In this document: piece after piece, positions 13,539 to 25,500 of the stretch
How the letters are laid out: every line of letters begins with the position of its first letter
Numbering within the stretch: position 1 is the first letter of the stretch
Source of the DNA: Chrysemys picta bellii
Taxonomy: Eukaryota
DNA length: 64,000 nucleotides
Direction of reading: 5' to 3'
Assembly (NCBI RefSeq): GCF_011386835.1
Contig: NC_088806.1
Coordinates: 28,706,001 to 28,770,000, forward strand
The notes under the pieces: model-generated
The model's input: only the letters and a program-made list of their open reading frames with translations
The model's database searches: none
What the model was told of the DNA's origin: nothing
Made by a program: the position numbers and the translations under genes

Positions 13539-16500
13539 CTGTGGAGGTGGAGGAGGAGGAAAGAGTCAAATGACCTGGAACAGGCAGTTACAAAAAAAGG
13601 CCAATCGCAGCAGGTTTTAGCGTTGCAAGGAAAAGCAGCTGCTACGCTTTTTAGATAATTATCTACCACAGCCAAAAACTGCTCACCTCGAGCATACAGA
13701 TGAGTATTGTTTTATGGAGGAGAGACAATGTCTGGTCTATTTAAGTCCTGTATCTTGTCTCTATCAGTAGCCAATACCATATGGTTCAAGGGTGGGGGGG
13801 GGGGAGAGACCACACCAAACTCCTCCCCTCCCTCGCCCCTAACACACACAACCTATCGTACACGGTATCACAACCTAGCTGCTTGGCAAACCAGTGATGT
13901 GACGTTACTAGGAATATAACTGGCGTATGTTACCAGTGCCACTACCAAACAGGCTTTCCTCAATCCAGGCCACTTTACATGGTCATCCCAAACCTAAGCC
14001 TCTAACCTTGCAATCTCAGATTTATGCACTACATCTAGTATAGGCCAAGCATTATTCAGTCCTTCATGAATGACTATCCTCCAAGTGCTGACCCAGTAAA
14101 CTCCAACAACACACAACGAGCCAAATTTGTAATCATCTGATAATGCAAAACCAAAAGTAGACACCCCCTTCCCTGAGAGTGATGGGAATGTAGCCCCAAC
14201 AGAAGAACAAGCAGAAAAGGGCACAGTCCTCTAACTGATGATGTACTGCATAACAAAATTAACCAGAACTGCCAATTACTGTAAAAAAAATTCTGACCTC
14301 ACTGTCGGGTCAATGGTGGAATGTAAACATTTCTCCGGTGGGAGGGCTGTTCCTGTCACATCAGGTGTTAGCAGAAACTCCTCCCCTATTTCAGCACTTG
14401 GCAGGCCAGCTCTCTAGTAGCTCATTAATTTGAGGAGCTCAAGACTTTCCAGCTGAATGTGCTTAAAACCATTACCACAACACCCTTTTCTGCTGCTGAC
14501 AGATTAAAAATCAACTGACTTAATCTAATGCACAAGCAATTTTACATGCAACATGAACAGAGGCTGGTGACAACAGACTTGGCCCATGCAACACAATGAG
14601 AGATGGAAACTGCTGAGTTCTGCTCCTTTCAAATCTCAAGTTTCACTATTGGGATTCCATTACATGGAGGAGTTTATAACAAGGCCAAATTTGGGGAAGT
14701 CAAACTGCTAGCAAATTTCTCCAGCTTTCTACTTTGCACCAGCATTTTGAGAACAATCCTCCATATTTCTACCTCACTTTCCTGTAGCAAGTTTACCCTC
14801 TGCTGGTTAAAATAAGCAGTGTTAAGAGTCTCAAGCCTGTTCTCTTACCCAGGCTGAGAGGAGTCATGGCAGCTTAACTTCGGCACATGAAAGGAAATGC
14901 AGAATAAACGCAGTTATCCAACACTGAAATTCAGACCCAGAATGACCAGCATCTCCTCACTACACTCTGGGTCTAATGGGCAATTCATTGCAAAGCCTCT
15001 TCAAAGCTTGACACAGCTAGCTTCCCCCACCCCTTCCTCAAACCCTTTGGCTACTGTACATGGATTTGTAGTTATGAAGCTGTACACAGCTAGAAAAAGT
15101 TCCTGTCAGTATGTCTCATTTCCAGCATGAAGTCAGAGTGTCTCACATGCCAGCTACATGCTTAGAAGCACAAATGCACTCAGTCAGTTTAGAACCTTTT
15201 ATCTCTTATCTTACAGGTGAGCATTCATATACAAGCCAACAAAATCTGCTAATGTTAGTGTGTCCGTGAAATCAGTCTGGCTGAAACGTAGGTTAAAGTA
15301 CTGATCACAAAGAACAGATGAGACCAAGGTGCCTATGTCACATATTTTAAAAAGAACAGGAGACTTGTGGCACCTTAGAGACTAACACATTTATTTGAGC
15401 ATAAGCTTTCGTGGGCTACAGCCCACACGGCTGCTACTCTGAAACATATTTTTAAATCATTCACTTCTTATATTTCAATGGTCAGGGATCTATTTTCTGT
15501 AGTTGTAGGACAAACAACAATGAAATTGTCCTATAACATATTTCACTCTAAATATGAGCACATGTTTTCAGGCCTAAGTCCAGTCACAAATGCCCAGACA
15601 CGCTACATATACAGGGCAAATCCTAAGATGCTAGGAAGGATTTTAAATAGGCAGTAAAGTCCTTCTGTAGTTTAGATCTATGGAACAACCTGACCACTCA
15701 GAACATAGGATTTTAAGGGAAGCAAACAAGTCAGCAATTCCCTACCATCCATGTCTTCTTGTCCCAGATAAGAGCACCAGCGGTTCCTCATGACCTCAAT
15801 GGCATCCAGGTCGTCCTTGGAGATGTCATTATTGATAATGAGGTGCATACAGGGGATGATCAGCTCATTCAGGATGTTAATGCCCTCCAACACATCTGCC
15901 TCCGCACGGCTTACAAACAAAGCCGCTGCCATGTCATTCAGCTTCTGTGGGAGAATCAGGGGTCACAGACATTTGAAAAAGCCCTGACTTCAGAGCATGA
16001 ACAGGCTACTGGGAAAGCGGCACATGACCCACGACTCTTCCAGCTGATGGGAATGTATGGAATGCACACGGACTAATGGGAGCTGACGTGTGCACCAAGA
16101 GAATGTAACCCTTAGAACAGTGGTCCCCAAATTTTTGTGGTCATCCCTCTCCCCACTTGAGTAGAGGTTGGAAGAGGGCCTGGTGCCGGGACCATGGTCA
16201 GGAGCGGAGCCGCAGCTGGGGCCACGGTCAGGAGCGGAGCCGCAGCTGGGGCCACAGCCAAGATCGAGGCCACCGCTAGGCCCACGGAGCCACAGAAAGA
16301 GCTGCAGCTGGGGGCGGGGCTGGAATGGAACTGGGGGCAGAGCAGGGTTGGGTGGTGCTTCCTCCCCACCCCTTGTGGGGACTGGCCCAGACCCTGCCAC
16401 ACTCTTCCCCCTCCTCCTCCCCCCCGAATGTGGGCACACCCCACGGTTTGGGGACCACCGCCTTAGAAGGATTAGATCAGAGAGAACATATTGCTCCAGA

Positions 16501-19500
16501 ATTAGCTCTAAAGTATACAAATAATTTTGGCTTTGAGACGCTAAGATTCAGATCCAGAAACACCAAATGGATTCCCTGAGATCCAAACTCCATCACTTCA
16601 GTGAATTTTGCTTCCTAGATTTTCATATTAGTGATGGTACTCGGGAAGGGGTAGATGCCATGATAACAGGTGCCTTAGATATCATTACGCTGCCCTCAGC
16701 AGCCGTAATGGAGCAGGCACTACAAATAAGTCTCAGGCTGCTGCTGCTGATTCCTTTCCCAAGGAAAGCCACGTTACCTAGTGCCCGGCAAAAGACTCCC
16801 ACTGGTGACACAGGAAGAAGCAACGCTGGCTCCCCACAGGGAGGGAAGAGTCGATATTGCTCTTGGTGAAAAGCAAATGGCTGGCATCCACCCCCTCCCT
16901 GAAAGACTGTTTTAATGACAGGCTCTTGTACCCTGTCTGTAAGGAGGTGCATGATACATTTGTCTCTTTGGGCAACCTGGAGTGAAGAGACAATGTGCAG
17001 ATGTGAGCTGAAATCACTGAGCTAGAAGGGGGGAGTATTTAAGGCTGACCAGTCTACCACTGAGATTGTTCACTTTCAATTTAAGACTCAGTAAGATACA
17101 AACCAAGAGGCATTTTCTTCTGTATAAAGCAATCAGTGATTCATCCACCCCTCGGTTGGGTCCTTTCATGAGCAGGGAGGTGTTACTTTGGTAGGCATAC
17201 ACCAGGTAGGTCAGTGCTTCCTGGTACCTTGGAGAAGGAGAAGGGTGTTAGTAGTTCATCACACCAGGTGCCACATAGTCCAAAAGCTGCAGTCAAGCTG
17301 TCCACCCAGGCCAGACTCTCCACTTCTTCCCCAACAGAGACAAACACGTCACCTTCTTAACGGTGTTATTTGCTCCCTTCTCTCTTTTTCATTCAGCAAA
17401 CCTCTCAAGAGCAGCCCCCACACTAGGCAGGTTAGCTTTCCGTATGCCTCAGGGACGCTTTGGCTTTCTGGTTTCAACCCCAATATTTAGACTCTGGTCT
17501 AGAATTCCTCTGGTTTCAGTGGGAACTTGGAGATGAAAGACACTTTTAGAAGTTTGGAGAACAGTATTTTTCTTTAGAGACTCCACGGTTGTATTTAGAG
17601 CTGGTCGAAAAAATTCTGATGAAACATGTTTTCATCCGAACTCGCCAGTTATCTAATTCTAAACGTTTTTTGAGACTGTTCGATTTAAACCAAACTCCGA
17701 CAGAGAACCCCCTGACCTGCCTGATTTCCTCCCAATTTACCCACCTACTGGACTACATGAGAGCAGGACCGGCTCCAGGGTTTTTGCCGCCCCAAGCGGC
17801 GGGGAAAAAAAAAAAAAAAGCCACGATCGCAATTGTGATCTGCGGCACTCCGGCAGCAGCTCCACTGCACTGCTTTCTTCTTCGGCAGGAATTCAGCGGC
17901 AGGTGCTTCCCTTCGAGAGGGACCCGCCGCCGAATTGCCGCCGAACAGCCCGACGTGCCGTCCCTTCCCCTTGGCCGCCCCAAGCACCTGTTTGCTGGGC
18001 TGGTGCCTGGAGCCGGCCCTGCCTGAGAGTCGGGGACCCCAGGGTTTCCGTGGCGCCAGGGCAGCCTGCCGAGCAAGCTCTCTCAGAGCTAGGGCTTGAG
18101 AATTCCAAAACTTTTAGTTTACATTCCGAACTGGAACAAACCAAATTCTGAAATACTGAACTCCTCTTTGAAAAGGAATGTTCTTTCTCCATACAGCTGT
18201 CTATACGGTATACTGCTTGCAGTATGGGGGGAAAAGCCCAGCTTTTCAGTTCAAAGTTCCAGGGAGCTCTGTTTCTATGTAGGAGTCAAATTGTTTTCAA
18301 ACACAATGAGAGTTTCATTTTCACCCAACTTTCCCGAGAGCCAAGTAAAGGCAGTTAGTGCGCTAAATCCTCTCTAAGGACCAGAATGCAAAGTTCCGCT
18401 CGTGGAAAACAAGCTGGGAACTGTGTAAGAGGCCATATCACAAATCCACTTATTAACTCAGCACAATAGTTACACTCTGGCTCAAGGTCAGCTCTGAGCC
18501 TGTACAGCAAGGAGTACTGGCAGGTCAGGAATCAAGTACTTTGGGAAAAGCACAAGGGTCCCCAAATTGCAATACATAGGGTGCTACATGTCAGGAGCAA
18601 GGGGTGCTAGCAGAGAAGCAGGCGCTTTTAGGTATCAGTTACCCCATAGCTTCAGCCAAAATGTAAATATAATTAAATTAAACCTACTTTCTATTCTGGT
18701 AGAGTTCCAACCCTGTCAGCAGGTAAACAGACACCTTGTGAAATAAACTGTAGTCTTCATGCCATTTCTGTTTAGGGTAACAGGGAATATTACAGGTTAG
18801 TCAATAACATGCTTTCATGTACCCGTACGTCTGGGACAAGTCCCCCACCCCCAGCAAAACCTGGTATGCTAGCTCATTCAGCCTCTGGCACGGAGAGCTC
18901 TTACATGGAACATGAGCTCACTCGAACTGGGGGCAAGTTCTCAACATCCCCTTTGCTTCCCCATACAGCTCAAGAACACATTCACCAAGACAGAGGAGTC
19001 TCTGGCAATGTTTAACTCCAAACTGGGAGCACCGAATGAGTCCTCTAGAACAAGTGTGAAAACACAAACAGCTGATGATCTGTTGGGAGGTGCGGGGGAA
19101 GAGGTTAGCTACACAGCTCCCAGCTCCCATTCTGATCCTATAGACTGACTGTTCCAGGAGCAAGTTAAAGATCCCACAGCACCTTTCAAAAGGGATAGGG
19201 CTAAACTGAAACCCCTGTGTCCTAGTCAGAACGCCTCAGGAAACAGCTCCTAATGCTTCTAACTATATAACATTACCAATGGGTATGTAATAGTTGCTGT
19301 GTTTGTTTGCACAGTCAATGCACTGCCACTATCTTGCTCACTGCTTTGGGACACCTCCAGCACTAAGGCATTAGAGAAAAGGAAAAAGTTCGAGTCCCTT
19401 ACCTTATACTCCTCCATATTCACATCATCAGGGCCAATCTCCTTCAGCTTAGCTCGTGCTACTTGCATAATGCTAATTGACCTGCTCAGTGCAACAGAGA

Positions 19501-22500
19501 GAGACATTAGAGAATGGCGAAGCTACAGAATCCCAAATCAGAAAGTCATGATAGTGGATCCCCTGGCACAAACCTTTCATCGTAGCTGAGGTTTCTATCT
19601 GCAAACTGCTCCAGGAGGGTCCGCTCCACTACCTGCTTGGGAGCATTGTTCCGCAAGAAGTAGATGAGCACGTGTTGCAGCCGGGGGTCATTGTGAGGGG
19701 TTGGGGTCTCTTTGGCCAGCAGATACAGTCTGGAGTACTCTTCATGGAATGCCTATCAAAGTCAAGCAAATGCTAAATGCCTATTCTTTATTAGTGCTGC
19801 ACACTGAATTTGAAACCTGCAGTGGAAAGGTTGATTACAAGGCTATAACTGTCCTGTAACTTGACAGGATTCGGTGCAGAGATGTCTAACTGCTACTTAC
19901 ATTAGCTGGCAATTGCTTAGGGCATCTTCCATTAGTTTTAGGCCAGAAGGGACCATGAGATTGTCTAGTGTGACCTCCTGTATGTGATATGCCATTATAT
20001 ATCCTCTGGATAACCCTATGCTGAGCCCAGTAACTTCAGTTAACTACAAGAGACTACACTGTTGTGTGCTACAGGCAGAGAACAGGAGAGACCGAGGTGC
20101 CACCAATGCCCAAGGCCCCTCTGATGGCAGGGAACTGACTAGGTGAGATAGGCTCAGAAGATACCAGCAGGCAAACCACACCCCATAACGCAATAAAAAG
20201 CGAAAAATCCCCAAAGGTCCCTGCCAGGCTGGCTGGGGTCAGAAATGAAATTTCCCCCCAAAAAAGGTGATCAGTATGACCCTGAGCATGTGAGCAAGAC
20301 ACACTAGCCAGGTTTCTTAGAGGATTTTCTATACCAAGTCATAGCACATCTCCACCCAAACAATATACCATCTCCACTTTATAAAGATGGCCGAATCATA
20401 TCAATCTATGCCTTAAGCAAAAACATCACCTTTAAAAAGAGAACCCAAGGGAGGTAGGCACTGGCTCCACTGACTTTCAATGGAGTTGGGTGCCTAACTC
20501 TCTTAGGCATTTTTGAAGATCCCAGTCCAAGTGCTCATTTTAAGGAACTCTTTAGAGACATCTCAAACCTTTGTTACAATGTGAGAGGAACAAGAATGCA
20601 GCTGGCAAAATGTTACTCTGACCAATAATACATGATAGTCAGTAAACCAAAAGCCCCGTCCGATGTTCGTTCTCAATTGCAATTACAGGAAGTCACCGGT
20701 GTGATTTAGGACTACCGGAAGCCAATTGGATGGTAGAATGAGTGAATTTTCCTAAGCCCTCTTTTTATTTAACTTCAGTTGTTTGTTTCTCTACAATATC
20801 TAGCCCAAACTAGCAATGACCCGCTCTCTGTTCAGGAATATTTACAATATTTACCTTTTTCTAGTCCCTCTTCCCATTGCATAAGCTTAGGAGGACATAT
20901 TTTACAGAAATTCCTACAGTAAGTGTGTACATTTATGGCCCAAATTTAATTACACACCACATATGGCCTGGTTATGATTAAAATTTAATTTTTATTTTCT
21001 GGTGATAATTATATTGAGCACTTATACAGTACCTTCCATTCAAGGGCTCCAAAGTGCTTTTCAGACATAATTAAACCTCACAAGCTCCTGTGAGATAGGT
21101 ATGGGAAGTATCATTTTTGCACTTGGGGAGAGAGAGAAGTGGAGTGATTTGGCCAAGGTCCCGCAGCAAGTCATGATCAGAGTTGAGATAAGAACTCAGG
21201 TCTCTTAACTCTCAAACTGTTGCTTTAAACAGACTATGGCAAATGCACTTGCTTGACTTTACTCAAGGGATGCATTGACTAATGTGACTAAAGATAAAAA
21301 CATGCATAGGTGTTTGCAGGATTTGGACTTACACTACCTTCCTAACATGCCCACCCACACCTCCATTTTCGTTAGATATAAACATTGAGGGGTTGTTCAC
21401 TTAAATGGACAATATTAGGTCTAATCTGGCCCAAAATGCAGGCTTGGGAAGGGGGCAACAACAGACTTTCCCAAACCTAGGACTACTAGAAATATTTCTA
21501 TATTATTTGCCTTAGATTCCAACGTTTGTATGTGTGCATACGTTTTAAACAAAAACATTGTGTGCAACCTAAACAGTGCAATTTTGTGCTCAAGCATGAG
21601 ACGTGAAAGGCAAATCAGAGTTTTGAAAATCTTTCCGTTCTTGCAGTCTAAGGGGCTATCTGTAACACAAGAAAGGATGCTTATAAAATGTAATGGGTTT
21701 AGCCTGACAATCTTTCTTTAATAGAGTCCTCTTAGTACAAGTAATGGAGTGGATAAACGGAAACGTGGAATAGAAAAAAAAAAACTTAGCTGAAAAGGAA
21801 CTGCACAGGAAGAGAGAGAAGTGGCCAACTCACATCTGTAACATGTTGAAATAGCACACATTTTTCACTGAAGACGTCAGACTAGTGTGTTAAGAGATTT
21901 TTAAAAAGGAAAATAAAAGGGTACCTTAACAAGCCCTGCTTCAGACCCATCCCGGTCAAATGTCTGACGGGCTTTAGCAATAGCCAGGATCACACCCTGC
22001 ATGGCTGGGCTAAGCATCACCTACCACAAGAACAACAAAAAACCCACACACAAGAACAGAGAGGAATAGAAGAAAAGCTGTAGATATACAAGAAAAAAGT
22101 ACAAAAAAGGTAAAGTTTTAAAGAAAAGTTGTCCAGATCTGAATGGAGATGGGACAACCCAGAGCTGCCATTTGACTACAAATTTAAGTTTATTGTCATT
22201 ATGTGCAAGTCCAACTCTTGCATGCACGGCCCATGCTGCTATAGATGTTTGAACCCTTCGCTGTGCCACCCCAACTACTCCTCCTGCACTCTCTTCCCCC
22301 CAAAGTCATCAGTAAGTGAAAATACAGAGCACACGGAACATAACTGGGGAGAACCTTGCAAAACTACCATTTAACATGAGAGCAATGCCTGAGGCAGAGC
22401 ATTCCATTGTCCTACCATTACAACACAAGTGTATATTTAATGCAATCAGGTCACATCCAGCTCAACAGATGGAGCTATTGCATTGATAAAATCCTTGAGA

Positions 22501-25500
22501 CAAAACATAAATACTGCTTTATGCAAAGGACAATGCTAAACCCACACCAAACCCTAAAAATGCCCCTGGAAACTAATTGTCTGAACACATTCGTTCTCTT
22601 GCAGACAGATTTGTGTAGCTGATGTGCAACTATACTTAGAAAAAAGACTCTGAACATTTTTAAGGTGTCTGATGTGGTATACTGAGCCTCATAATGGGGC
22701 TCTTTCAATTGCCAGCATCAAATACAGGACCTGTGACTGGAAAAGTCACATGGCATTGACTGTATGACATTGTCAGCTGACAATTATGATGCTTATGCGA
22801 AAAATAGAATCAAAGCCATTGACTACTGGGTGAAAAAAAAAAGTACAAAAACCTCCTTGTGAAGCCAGGCGCCCTAGAAACACCTTAGATATGAGTGACA
22901 GGAAGGAAAGGAAGGAGAGGAAGAGGACTTAAAAAAGAAGATGAGTGTGTGTTTTTACAGAGTCACTTTTCAGACTTTTCAAATAGTTTTAAAAAGTAAA
23001 TTGCTAAACGATTGGATCCAACCTCTTTGCTTACTACAGAGGGAAAAATATACTTGAACTACACAGTTTCATGTCAAAACCACTACTCACCACAAATCTT
23101 CAGAAAGCCCCAAAGCAACCCACAATTGCAAAGATTAATGCCAGAAAAATAGCTAGCTCCTGCACTGGGCTCTGTACCTCCTCATTATATCCATCTGCAT
23201 CAGATCTAACCAGAATCTTCCCCACTCTGGGGATCTCCACTTCAGAGACCTGTGAGCTAGGCTGGGCAGCAGACTCTGTCCCTTTAGCATCTTGTTGCTG
23301 TTCTGACTGAACTGTAAGGGCTGTTTCTCTCAGCTGGGTCTTCGTTGGTTCTGCCTCCTTTGGCTGTGGCAGCAGAAAGAGGAGAAAGAGAATAAGAAAC
23401 AAAGAGAAAACCAAAACCAAAGAGGAAAGTAGAAAGGGATTGGGTTAAATGCAGCAGTGCTGCAGAATTATAAGCAAGTGAGAGAGAAAGAGGTTTGTTA
23501 ACACAGAGATGCAAAAACAGCGGGCTGCTTCAGGGGCCACGTTCCAGAGTTCTCACCTCACACAGAGCAGCCTCTACACCATTCTTCTCATAGGCATCAG
23601 CTGTATTTGCAATGGCCTGGGCAGTCTGGTCCTTTGCAATCCTGGCATGTTCGGAGGACAGCGAGCGTATGCTGTGTTCACAGCCTGAGGACTGGTCTGA
23701 TTGGAAATTCAGAGAGATGTTAACATTCAGTAATGGCACCAGGAAGGTACAAATCCAAATGGAAGACAGAAAAATGGTAAATAGGATGGCTGCATGGTAC
23801 TTTACCTTAGTATTTACCAGGCACAGTGACCAATGTCCTTCCCATGCAATTCCACCTTCTATAACATTGTCACTGGTTGCAGCCTCCTTTGTTACGGAAG
23901 CGCCAGCTCAGTTTTCCTCACACACAACTCAACTCTTGGGTAACATTCCAGAAAAGTCAACATTTCAAATGGCAGGTCATTAAACTCTATTAAGGTGCAT
24001 CTACACTACAGCTGCAAACAAGCTTCCCAGCCCAGGGAGACAGATTCGGGCTAGCACACTAAAAATAGCAGTGTGGATGTTGTGGCTCGGACAGCAGTTT
24101 AGGCTCTCAAGTTTACCTGACCCCCTGAGCTTGGGTGGCTAGCGCAAATCTCCGCCAGAGCTGTAACATCTGCCCTGCAATTTTTAGTACACTAGCTCGC
24201 ACTCCATTAGCATGAATCTGCCTACCTGGGCTGGAAGGTTTGCTCCCAGCTGCAGTGTAGACGTACCCTAAAAGACCCGATCGCGCAAAGCACTTCATCA
24301 CACAAGTAGTCAAATTGAAATCAATGGCACTACTCATGTTTAAAGTTAAACACATGCTTAAGTGGCGTGGGCTGAGGGATGTGCCAAGTGGTTTGAGCAT
24401 TGACCTGTTAAATCCAGGGTTGTGAGTTCAATCCTTGAGGGGGCCACTTAGGGATCTGGGGCAAAATCAGTACTTGGTCCTGCTAGTGAAGGCAGGGGGC
24501 TGGACTCGATGACCTTTCAAGGTCCCTTCCAGTTCTAGGAGATGGGATATCTCCATTACATTTTTCTGCCATGCGGGCAGGGGACTGGACTCGGTGACCT
24601 CTCGAGGTCCCTTCCAGTCCTAGAATCTATGAATCTATGAATTAAGTGCTCTAGCAGATTAGGACCTAAGGTTTTTGTACACAGCTCAACAGACCCTGAG
24701 CTCAAGGGCCAGTATGTCACACATTCTGCTGGTCAGAAAAATAATTTTGTGGCCTCAGAGGACAGAATTTTGGACTATACATGGCAGAAAACCTTATTTG
24801 AGGAGAGATTTCTGTATCATTTGGTAAACGGTGATGCACAACCCTAGTTTTACATCACATTTGATTCTGGAGTTTGAAATTTAATTCCCCAAGGAGACGA
24901 ATTAATTAACTAACTATCTCCCTGCACTTTCAAGAGGTTCTTCCTCACCTCCTGTCCTAAAACATGAAACGCTGCTGTGTACCATTAAACAGCATGACTG
25001 CACTTCAATGGCAATATTACACACAACCACATTTGTGAATCTCAACGAGACTCACACGAAAAAGGACTGCTGTAATGAGTGGTCTCCCACTCAAGAGGTG
25101 AACACGTCAATGTTCTACAATAAACACACAAATTATTAATATAATTAAATCAAATTGAGATTAGATCATTGCCAGGCACTGACTGTAAAACAGGATATGA
25201 TCAAACTTGATGGCATGTCTTTAGCTATGCATGATCGAACATTAGCTTTTTCCTGCTGATATGATGGGAATTCAGCAACTGAGTTTAGTTGGTAGCTTTC
25301 CCCAAGCGTTCAAAATTGTTATGAAAAGCTCCGATAATGGTGAAATTTATTGCAGGGAAGTTATTGTAGAGACACGGAACGTGATCTGATAACACACTGA
25401 TCTTGTGTTACCTTGTCCTGATTCAGAAGTGAAATCCTGAGATTCAGAAGTAGCTGAAGGCTCTATCTGAGGGATCTTGCAGGACTGCTCCTGTTCCCAT

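Noticed and set aside
11648-16260. Regular repeats as a CRISPR-like array
   Set aside because: Tandem units without unique spacers, inside eukaryotic DNA transposons.
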